In this document: positions 39,692-50,900 of the stretch, one piece after another
Numbering within the stretch: the stretch's first letter is position 1
How the letters are laid out: every line of letters begins with the position of its first letter
Source: Callorhinchus milii
Lineage: Eukaryota
DNA length: 64,000 nucleotides
Direction: 5' to 3'
Assembly: GCF_018977255.1 (NCBI RefSeq)
Contig: NW_024704760.1
Span: 2,852,001-2,916,000 of the forward strand
Position numbers and translations under genes: made by a program
Notes under the pieces: generated by a model
Databases searched by the model: none
What the model was told of the DNA's origin: nothing
The model's input: only the letters and a program-made list of their open reading frames with translations

Positions 39692-42600
39692 ATGGCTGGG
39701 CTCTGGACTGGTGTGTTGTCTATGATTTTTAATATAATGGATTTCCATTCTTCGCATTGCTTATCGGAAGAATTGGTCGCTAAATAATGTGTGAACGTCT
39801 TAGCAGCTTGGAATTGTTGAGTATTTTCAGTAGGGCCTGTGTCGAGAGTGCAATAATATGTCGGCAATGTGGGTGTGCTTTGATATTAATCTTTTGCTTA
39901 TTTCTATTGCAGTGGGATTGGCGCTTTTGCTTCAGCTGCAGCTGGGTAAGTGATAGCTTCTGCGGATTTGGCCCTTATGTAGTTAGCTCTGTTTTTTTTA
40001 TCCTGCCCTCTCTCCTTCACCATATCCACCAAGCCATGAGATGCATTACTGAAAGCCTGTCTGTCAATAATTTCCTGAGGTTACTCATTAGATTGAGAGC
40101 CAGAAGGCAGAGAGGGTAGGGAAGGAATGAGACATCGAGGAGAGGGAACTAATTGCAAAACTGCGCCAAATAAAAAAGAGGTTTGATCGCGTTTTTCGAA
40201 TATAATCCAATAAAAGAAAAGCACAGTTTATTTCTAACCTAATGAAAAAAACAATACTTTTCCCCCTTCACCTTGCTAATTTCATCACGGGGGGTGGGGG
40301 TGGGTGGGGGCACTCTTTGTGCTTCATATGTTTTGCCTTTAAAGCGCTCTGGGACGCTACTCTGCGTGAGGGGCGCGATTTAAATGCAAGTTGTTGTTGT
40401 TCCAGCCTCTTCCTTCAAACTGGTTTGTTACTACACCAACTGGGCTCAGTACAGACCGGCTGCCGGTAAATTCTTCCCCGAGAATGTGGACCCCTGCCTG
40501 TGCACCCACTTGATCTACGCCTTTGGCAGTATGACCGCTAACCACGAACTTACCACCTACGAATGGAATGATGACATTATGTATCCGAGATTCCAAGCAC
40601 TTAAGAACAGGTTACTTCTGCGCTTAAATTTTGCGACAACGACGGCAACATTTCTCAGTGTGTACAATGTAAATAGATCTGTCAGCGATTGCACTGGTTA
40701 CGAGCTGTTTTTGGAGCGTATAAATAGCAATTCAATTGAGAATGAATCGAATGAAAACAGTCAGTTCATATTTGATGTATTTGCTTCCAACAGTAATAAG
40801 GACCTGAAGACATTGTTGGCTATAGGAGGCTGGAACTTCGGGACTCAAAGGTAAGAGCTGAAATATTTTATTCTTGTTAACGAATATTTGATTGCCGTTG
40901 GCAGCTCCTTCCCACACTGGGCAAACCAACAACATTTCCCATACATACATGGAAGACTCAGCTATTTGGTTTGGATGCTCCCAAGCACGTTGATGGGTTT
41001 CAAAATAAACCAATAAATAATAATATATTGGTCACTCACTCCCACAATTGTTTGCAGGACACTGTTGTGCACAGTTGGCTGCCCGTCTTTCACCCACAAA
41101 ATACACGGTCAATCCACTTTACAGTATATTCTGTGAAGCGCTTTGAGACGTCTCGAAGATGTGATAAGGAGCTTTATCAAATGCAAGGATTATTATTATT
41201 ATTATTATTATTATTATGATTGTATTTGTCAAGGTGCCTGTAATAAGGAATTCTGAATCTGCTCCCCAGGTTCACCAGCATGGTTTCCAGCGCAGCCAAT
41301 CGCAAGACTTTCATCGACTCGTCCATCAGGTTCCTGAGGAAACATGGCTTTGATGGACTGGATCTGGATTGGGAATATCCCGGTTCCAGAGGAAGTCCTC
41401 CAGAGGATAAACAGCGTTTCACCGTCCTCGTCAAGGTAACTGCATCCCCACGCCTGTCAAACACATCCCCCAGTGTGGCTATCACGCTCTATTGTGAAGT
41501 CCTGTAGCGTAGTAGCTGGAGCACTCGCCTTGCAAGCGTAAGGATCCAGGTTCGATTTCTGTGCGGGACAAAACCTTAGGCAAGTTTCCTTACTCCGCAG
41601 GCTCTCTGTTTACCTAGCAATAAGTAGGGACCTTGTTGCTAGTCGATTGGCAAATCGTCTTCCGGGAGAAATAATCCCTTCAAAATATAAAATGTGGTCA
41701 ATCAATCTACGACTGTTTGTGGGACGCTACTATGCACAATCGACTGCTGAGTTTGCCCACAAAGTACACCGTTAAGCCGCTTTGCAGTATATTGTGTGAA
41801 GCGCTTTGAGACGTCTCACCGATGTGATAAGGCCCTATATCAAACGCAAGGATTGTTATTATTATATTAATTCTGGACATCGCTGTGGGAAACTAGTTGG
41901 CTAACGTACCACCATTAACCTCTCACACCAATACTTTATCAGGAAATTTTGGAAGCGTTTGAAAACGAAGGACAAGCGACAGGAAGAGCTCGTCTGTTGG
42001 TCACAGCTGCGGTGTCCGCTGGCAAAGGAACCATCGATGCCGGCTACGAAATGGGTCTCCTCGGCAAGTAGGTTACATGATTTAAGTAAACATCTTCTCT
42101 CCTTCAAATCCCACATTAACTAGTTCGCCAATGAATGAACTTCATTTGTAGAGCGGCCTTTCATGTCTGGAGGATGTCCCAAGGCCCTGGACAGTCAGGG
42201 ATTTGGTTTCCGAGCAGTGGTTGGGATCGGGAGGTATAGAGGGCAGGAAGGGTAGGGGTAGGGGAGTGACCGAAGGAAGCGATTGAAGAGGAGGGTCTTG
42301 AGACGTGCCTTGAAGGAGTCGATTGGCAGATCGTTGAGATGGAGTTCCAAAGGGTGGGTGGTGGGGGGGTTGGGTGGTGATCACCCAACATGGTTGAGAC
42401 ATCTCAAATGCAAGGAAAGTGATGTGGTTCAGGAAATGAGATGGAGTCTAAGCTGTCGCTGCTTATTTGTGTTTCCAAAGATACTTCGATTTCATCAGCG
42501 TGATGACGTATGATTTCCATGGTGCCTGGGAAACCAAAACCGGACACAACAGCCCGCTGTACCGCGGCTCGACTGATCAAGGCGACATGATATACTTTAA

Positions 42601-44765
42601 CACTGTGCGTATTGACCATTAAACTCAAGGCGATTACTGTTTGGTTTCAGACCCAACCCCAGCCTCTTCTCCCCAATGCTAATCACCAAGCCGAATGTGC
42701 TTCCTTTCCAGGACTTTGCTATGAAATACTGGAGAGATGATGGGGTCCCGGCCGAAAAGCTGCTGGTGGGATTCGCTACGTACGGACGCACCTTGAGACT
42801 CTCCACGTCGAACTCTGGGGTGGGAGCTCCAGCAAGTGGACCTGCACCAGCTGGAACCTACACCAGAGAGGCTGGGTTCTGGGCTTACTATGAGGTGACT
42901 ATAAGTTTGTCACTGCATAGCAATGTATCCAGCAGGATATGGATTCCTGTAGCGTAATGGTTAGAACGCTCGCCTCGCAAGCGAGAGAACCCGGGTTCGA
43001 TTCCCGGGCAAGCCGAAACCTTAGGCAAGTTTCCTTACTCCAGACACTTACGTGTTTAACCGGATAACATTGGTAGCAAAGAAAATGCTGACAACGTTTC
43101 TTATTCCATGAACAGATCTGCGACTTCTTGAAGGGGGCACAAACCTCATGGATTGAGGATCAGAAGGTGCCTTATGCCTACAAAGGAGATCAGTGGGTTG
43201 GGTATGACAATACGAAAAGCTTCGAAGGCAAGGTAAGAATCGAAGAACTATTTTTATTTTGTAGGGCGTACTTTAATTTGAGTTTCATATCACGCAGTAC
43301 AGTATCAAATATTCAGTCAATTCGCTTTGCGGTATATTCTGTGAAGCGCTTTGAGACGTCTCGATGATGTGATAAAGTGCTATTTCAAATGCAAGGATTA
43401 TTATTATTGATTATAACAGTAGATAAATCAGCCTCCCTGCCCTCCACCTCTCTTGATGCCACCCCGAGCTTGGGTCCAAATCTCTGACTGTCCAGCGCTT
43501 TGGGACATCCTCCCGCCGTGAAAGGCGCTGTGTAAATGTAATTTGTTGTTGTTGTTGTTTCATGCACTGCACCACTTTTGGTGCACTTTTACTCCCACAG
43601 GTCGCCTGGCTCAAACAGAACAGCTTCGGAGGAGCCTTTGTGTGGACTCTCGATCTGGACGATTTCACTGATTCTTTCTGCAGCCAGGGTCGCTATCCTC
43701 TGATCTCCAAACTGAACTCTCTGCTTGGAATTTCTCAAGGTAACTTGGTTGTTCCTGGTCTTTTTTTTGTACACACAACACACACACACAGTGCAATTAT
43801 ATATTCCAAATCCATTTTTACTAACATTGCTCCAAGGGATTTTGTATCTAATATGAGGAATGGTATAAATTTGACACAGTTTATTAAACATGAATATACT
43901 ATTTTCAATGCAATACAAAATTATATTTGTATTGCGCCTTTGGCGGGGTGGGCCTTTTGCCACTCTGCCCCTACCCGCAGTCCCTCTGCCTCGTCCCCTC
44001 CCTTGCCTCCTTCAAGCACCATCTCAAGACACTCCTCTTCGACCGTGCTTTCGATCACTCTCCCCAATCCCGACCCCCAGCTCGGGTCCGAAACTCTGAC
44101 TGTCCTGCGCCATGGGATGTCCTCCTGACGTGAAAGGCGCCATATACGCACACGCACACACACACACACACACGTAATTTTGCTGTTGTTTTTGTCGATT
44201 GAGGTGTTAAAGTCAAACCCACAAAACCATAACATTAAATTGCTTCTCCGTGAAACCTCGACCCGTCCTCAAGCTCTGCCGACGACACACAACACGTTTC
44301 TTTTGACTTAAAAGTCATCTCGGCGTTTCAGGACTCTTTTTGATGTGTTTTTTTTTTGCAAAGGTGACATAGTGGTTTCACTTAACGATTCGCCCACGAA
44401 CTATACAATCAATTCACTTTACAGTGTATCTCGTGAAGCGCTTTGAGACGTCTCGAAGACGTGATAGGGCGCTGCATCAAACGCAAGGATTATTATTGTT
44501 GTTGTTATTTACGATTTTTAATAACTCTTCCCTTGCAGATTGCACCCCTGGACCAAACCCCAGCCCGGGTCCAACCACTACCACAACCCCTGGTGGGGGT
44601 GGTCCTGGGGACGGAAGCTTCTGCGATGGAAAGCCTGACGGGGTGTACGCTCACCCAGACGCCAGCAATAAGTTCTACGAATGTGCCGGAGGGAAGACCT
44701 TCGAAAAGACCTGCCCCAACGGATTAGTCTTCGACGAGTCCTGCAAATGCTGCAATTGGCCTTAG
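39692..44765 (+). CDS. CHIA: GH18 chitinase 1 (CHIA/AMCase-like) with Pro/Thr/Gly linker and one C-terminal CBM14, ~464 aa, 11 exons
   Basis: Exons 39692-39710, 39913-39945, 40406-40610, 40794-40850, 41270-41435, 41943-42067, 42481-42604, 42712-42894, 43116-43232, 43601-43739 and 44539-44765. Motifs: signal peptide [43 protein letters not shown], intact catalytic [25 protein letters not shown]14 FCDGKPDG...FYEC...[17 protein letters not shown]. The symbol is a family-level call. Confidence 0.93.
41500..41870 (+). mobile_element. Full-length tRNA-derived SINE, same family, in chitinase 1 intron 5
   Basis: Same head, body and tail as 11245-11610. Other copies at about 2870+, 6258+, 7690-, 9230+, 10440-, 14345- and 42945+, plus dozens of tail-only fragments. 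Confidence 0.8.
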
Positions 44766-44849
44766 AGGCTACAAGTCGCCAACCCTCCACCCCACCTCTC
44801 GAGTACAAATATTTGTGTAGACTAAGCGGATGCCAGTTAGATTAGAGCA

Positions 44850-44855
44850 AATAAA
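44850..44855 (+). terminator. Polyadenylation signal of chitinase 1
   Basis: AATAAA 85 nt after the stop codon, followed by T/GT-rich sequence. Confidence 0.7.
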
Positions 44856-45539
44856 AGCAATGAAACGTGCACAAAGTTGAACTCAGTGAGTTTTATTGAG
44901 TCGTGGGGTCCGTTCCGCTACCGGTTTGGTCAGTATGATGTGAATTGTGATACAAGGGAAACCCATATACATCATCAAACACTCAGACTCACACAGAGAT
45001 AAGAACAATGCACAATTTGGACCAACCTACTTGTTCGTGCTGTGCATCGCAAGGTTGAGGACATAACAATCCTCCCATTTAATAATCCTTGCATTCGATG
45101 TAGCGCCTTATCACGTGCCTATGTATGCCTACACAAAGCTCTCTTTGCATTAAAGTGGGTCTATCCTTTAATCCACACATATCAAATCCTTTTAGATTTG
45201 CATGTCATGTGTTGCATGCAAAGCTTTGGAACTCTCTCCCCCCCAATCCCTCCTCCCTGCCTCCACCTGCTCGTCTTTCAGATCATGGCTGAAGATCTTC
45301 CTCTTCAGTCACTAATTTGCACACAGCAATGGAACCGTAAACAGTCATGACCAAATTTTATCTGGGGGGCTTGTTGCTCAGGAGAAATTCCTTCCTCTTT
45401 CTGATTATATTTTTAAACAACAACAAATTACATTTGTATAGCGCCTTTCATGACAGGAGGACATCCCAAGGGATCTGCACCTAAAGGGCCTTTCACATCG
45501 GGAGAATGTGCTGAGGTGCATAAATATAATTAGGACACT

Positions 45540-45992
45540 TCACAGCCAATCACGACTTCAGATAGCGCAGGAGGCATTTCACAACCAACTAGCACCACAG
45601 TTTAAGATCCATAATTTTGCCTCAAGAAGCCTGATGTGAACCCAAATGATCCTATCACCTTCTATCAATGCTCCAATGGAATTATGTGTGTCTAGCAGTG
45701 TCCCAGTGGGATAGTCTTACAATCCCAATGGTGATTGCTGTGACTGGCCAAAGGTCTACGATACAGACTTTTGCCACAACAATCCAGATGGTAATCATCC
45801 AAATGTTAATGAACCCTCCAGCCTCTATCGTTGCTCCACTGCAGTAACTCACACAATGCAGTGATATAGTCTTGTGCTGTCCTGTGATTATCTATACACA
45901 CCACAGGGGTCAAATAGTATAACAAGCGTTTACATACAACTGTCCTCCGGATAAATATAAAACCATCAGTTACTGCCGAGCCTGGGATAACT
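45540..45992 (+). pseudogene. Decayed multi-CBM14 chitinase terminal exon (S/T/P linker plus 2-3 chitin-binding modules with stops and frameshifts)
   Basis: Manual translation from 45540: SQPITTSDSAGGISQPTSTTV*DP*FCLKKPDVNPNDPITFYQCSNGIMCV*QCPSGIV(+1 shift)YNPNGDCCDWPKVYDTDFCHNNPDGNHPNVNEPSSLYRCSTAVTHTMQ*...SCDY, then in another frame AFTYNCPPDKYKTISYCRAW. This follows the CBM14 pattern of both flanking chitinases. Confidence 0.8.
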
Positions 45993-47996
45993 GAGCAAAT
46001 AATAATAATAAAAATAATCATCCTTGCAATTGACATAATGCCTTATCACGTCAGTTACAGGTCTGAAAGCGCTTCACAGCATTTTATTGCAAAGAGTAGC
46101 TAGCGACTGGGTATTTATAGGCAAACGCAGATAATAGTGAGAAAAACATTTGGAAAATTGTAATGAAAGCTTAGTCTCAACAGCTATACAACAAACAATT
46201 ATTCTTGTTGGAAATTAAAATGAATGCACGTGACACGAAGATATAGTTGGTATTGGCTGTTTCTGCACAATATGGCAGCATCTTACACTTTCAGACAAAA
46301 TGATGTCGTAGACTGTGATTAGGTGAAATTTTAGGCTCAGATGTTACTGAGTGTGCACTCAGGGCCATTATATGACTAGGTGGGTGAGCGAATAAACGAG
46401 TGAGAGAGCAAATGAATGGAAGGGGATATCTGGGAAGGCCAAACCACACATCTGCTCAAATCGTGGCAGGAAACCGGTAACACATCACAATGTTTGTGTC
46501 AATGGCACTGTTTACTCCAAAGCGCACACGGGTTGCAATCGTGCCTAAGCTGTAGCCAATAATATTGCAAAGGGAGAGGGACGTGTCTGGGTCGGTCCAG
46601 TTAGATTGCGTTTGCCTGAAGGAGATAAGAGTGGTCAATGTTCATGGCAAGGTGACTGTACTCCCTATGAAGCACAAAACTCAGCAATCAACATATGGTT
46701 CTGAGCATCAGTGAATAATAATAATAATAATCCTTGCATTTGATTGAGCGCCTTATCACGTCGTAGAGACGTCTCAAAGCGCTCCACGCTGTAAAGTGGA
46801 GTGACTGTGTATTTTGTGGGCAAAATATCAAGCCATGATAGCATACGGTGGCCAAAAAGCAATGAAAGCAGGTTGCCTCCGAGCTGACTTCCCGCGAGTC
46901 GGGATTTGCTTAGTAAGAACCCCCTGTTGGAAATTGGCGCATATCAGGTCCCGTTATCTGAAGAGAGAATACAATCCACTAATGGTGTGTAACCCTTGAT
47001 CAGAACTCTGGGATTTGTGTCCCGCTGTGACAGTCTCTCCAGGAGGAAAAAGGCCAGGGTCCACTCGTTGAAGGGACTTGGCAAAGTGTCCTGTTTGAAC
47101 TGGCAAAACTCCCGGTGGAATGTCAAGATGCACCCGGGAGGGTGACATTGGATTAGCATTGCCTAACTGCTAAAGCCATGTTTTCAAAGATAAGGAAAAA
47201 AAGTTATAATTCCACAGGATTGATTGTGGTGAAACCTTTTAAATGTCCACCCATCACCCAAAATCAACCGGAAATCAGCAAGTTTCCCGCAAGTCTAACC
47301 TGTTATTTATGCAGGAAATGGAACCAGATATTCTGAGCACAAAGCTTATTGTGGAAATCTACCCAATTTTCCCCAAAGGGTTGGGGTGAGTATAAACTGA
47401 TGCAATCTATGTTGAACCACTCGGACTTAAGGCAACGTAACTAATTTCGGTCAACACTATTGACCTTTGTGGAGAGAAATAAAAGCTGCAGGGAATCTTT
47501 AACATAAAAGTGAAAGGTGCTGATTGCTTTGCTTCTTTCTATGGGTTTTTGACATCACCCACCATCTCCAGCTGTGCGGGTGGACAAGCAGGAACTGGAG
47601 CTTGTCAGACCACAAGGAGACACAGCAGACCAGCCCTAGGTGACGCTTCCTCTGATATTCACTCTGGTTCTGTTGGTAATGTTCCTTTGCTCCAACTGTC
47701 TCCCTCTCGCCACCAGGGACGCTCGAGATTGCCAGCTCTCTCACTCATGTGGCGAATGATGGATGTAAACTTCGAACTTTAAACAGAGAAACGATTTCTC
47801 CAACGATTCGCCGGTCTCCAACATGTGGTCATAATGGTGAGTTCATTCCAATCCAATCTCTGCTTCAAACTTTATCTGCCCATGGTTGGGCATCAGGTGT
47901 AGATGTTTCCTGTGCTCCATTACACTTGGCACCAAATTTCGACAGTGCTACCTGTGCGAAGGTGCATGAAAGTCTTCGTTCACTGCAATCAACAAT

Positions 47997-50900
47997 ATGA
48001 CAAAGCTGCTTCTCTGGGGTGGTGAGTGCAATGTTAACCCTGACTCTTTACAGACTGCATGATTCCCCCCAAAAAATTAAATGACAGTTTTTGCGCACAA
48101 AATACCCAGCGCGATAATCAAACTACGTACCTATAACTAAAGTGTTTTTGTTAAAAAAATTCAGGAATAGTTCTGAGCATCTATAAACATCAAAATGCCA
48201 TTTAAGATTCATGTTTTTCCTGTTCATTTTTCAGTGGGATTGATCCTGTGCTTCCAATTGTACAATGGTAAGCTGTGATACACTCTAACCTTTCAGTCCT
48301 TAAATTTCTTATGGTGAATAATTCTATGTTTCACCACTGATGCATTTACTTGTTTCAGATGATCGAGCATTTTAAAATTGGGATCTAATTTGCAGCGTTT
48401 CTTAACAGGTTTCTTAATTAGAAATGCGCATTTATTGCATTTCTGAGCCACTAATATCTGAATTTCTAAACCCCCAAATTCCAGACATTCGATAACGAAT
48501 TCTTCAGCAATTCTTCAATGTTTCAGAGAGTCAGCGACTGCACATTCCTTGTTCAGAAATCAATTAAGAATGAATGCAAACCAGATCCATTGCCTCCTCT
48601 TACAACGTACGAAAAATAGTACCTTTCACCTAGGAGAAAATCTCAAAAAGCTTTTGGAATAAAAACCGAAGTCGCTGGGAACACTCAACTAATTTGTAAC
48701 CCATTCTAAACCAGTATTAGGCAAAGACTACAAACTGGTTTGTTACTTCACAAACTGGGCCCACAGGAGAGGAGACTGTAAATTCTTACCGAAAGATATT
48801 GACCCCAAGTTGTGCACACATCTCGTGTTTGCTTTTGCCACCATCGGGGAGGATCACCAAATAGTTGCCCAGGAGAAGGACGAGGAAGAGCGTTTAGTTG
48901 CGTTCAATAACCTTAAGAAAAGGTAACCATCACCTGTCGCTTAACACATCTTGTTGCATCTCTGTTTACCTAACAGCAAGCAGGAACCCGGTTGTTAGTC
49001 GCATGTTCGCTTCAGAATAAATTCTATTTGCCGATATTCTCAATGGGTGACTGTTCGGCTAAAACGACTGTAAAAATGTAGAACTCGAGCAAATGGGAAC
49101 TCGAGGAGACCATTTTTGTTTTCCGAAAAATAAAATCTTTTGAAATATTTAACGCTCAAAAATTGGGTCTTTTTTTTTTGAAAAAAAATAAAAATGAGGA
49201 TATTTTCTCGCCTTTTCGCAGGAATTCGAACCTGAAGACTCTCTTAGCCGTTGGCGGCTGGACATTCGGAACTGAAAAGTAAGATTCTTATGAATGGTAA
49301 ACAACTAATTATTCTACAAACTCGTGTTACAGTGAGTCTGAATTTGGGAGGCGGTGGTGGTGGGGGGAATGTACCTAAAGTATAACATAAAGTCTCATTT
49401 CCAAAGAGGTTGGATGAAAAAGGCCCTTTGGTCCATTTGTTCTCATTGTACCACGATAATCAAAGTAAAGCTTCGTATAACACCATCAAATGTTCCCTGA
49501 CTTACAGAATCATAGAGCACAGAAGGAGCCATTCGGCCCATCGTGCCTGTACCGTCTCTTTGAGAGCGCTACCAACTAGCCCCACTCCCCCTGCTTTTAC
49601 CCCATTGCTCTGCAAATTTTGCCACCACCTTTCCTGGTAACCAATTGCAGCTGTTCGCTACCTGGTGTAGAGAACCGTGTCCTGAAAAAAAAAAGGCAAA
49701 ATGACGCAGTTTTGTCATATTGCGATTTGTTCCTTATTTCAATTCATGTTTCTGTCAGGTTCACTGCCTTGGCTTCTATGCCAGACAATCGCCAAATATT
49801 CATCAATTCATCCATTAAATTCCTGAGGAAATACAAATTTAATGGATTAGATCTGGACTGGGAATACCCGGGGTCGAGAGGAAGCCCACCGGAAGACAAG
49901 CAGCATTTCACCCTGCTGGTTCAGGTGTGTCACATATAACCTTCGACTCCGCTCTATTCATCAGCGAAATCAGATTGTGTCGATTACACTCGCACCAAGG
50001 AATATCCAACCTCAAGGAATGGTTCACGTTCAATTGCACTGCCGTTGGATCCAGAGTCGTGAACAGATTCACCCACACAGAACGTACCCATTGAGACAGT
50101 ACCTGTTACTATTCCTTTTATGGGGAAAGGAGGGTAAAATGCAGGGATTCCTTCGAAGCCCAGGAACACTGGGTGTACATAGACTGGAAGGAGAAAAAAA
50201 AGCCCAAGACCCATCAGGTTTACTCAACCCTCTCTTTCCCATGCCACCTCCCTCACAATGTGCACCTCCACATCTCTCCTCTGAAAGGTGCTATGCATTC
50301 GTAATTCGTTGTCGTTGCTGCTGCGGGGACGCTATATACATGCAAGTTGTTGTTGTTGCTGATTCAATGCTGTACTTGTGTATACACAGGAATTGCTGGA
50401 GGAATTTAAGAGCGAAGCTCTCAGACGTAATAAGCCAAGGTTGCTGCTCACGGCTGCAGTGGCCGCTGGGATAAGGACGATCGAAGCCGGCTACGAAATA
50501 GACAAGATTTCCAAGTGAGTGGGAACCCCGTAAGGTACGTCTCCACACATCGGAACAAACACCACGACAGCCCGAACAGGAGCGGACACAGAATGTTTGA
50601 AAGAACGCCCCCTGTCCTCTAGAAATATTCACGACAGCGGTGCCAAGGTTTGGAAGGAAGCGAGTATGTTTCGCCCACAAGACGTACAAGTCAATTCATC
50701 TGACAGTATATCCTCTGAAGCGCTTTGAGACGTCTAGAAGACGTGATAAAGCGCTGCATCGAATGCGAGGATTATTACAATTATTACCGGAATTAATGTA
50801 AATAATGACAATTCTTCCAGTTGATACAACGTGAAAACGTTTCAAAAGCGCTTCACGGGGAATCGCTGTCAAGTGCAGAGACCGTTCCTTAATATCGCAA

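Noticed and set aside
42945-43020. tRNA-like sequences here and at about 6258, 7770, 10570, 11245 and 41500
   Set aside because: They continue into the shared SINE body and tail and lack a proper acceptor stem, so they are SINE heads rather than tRNA genes.
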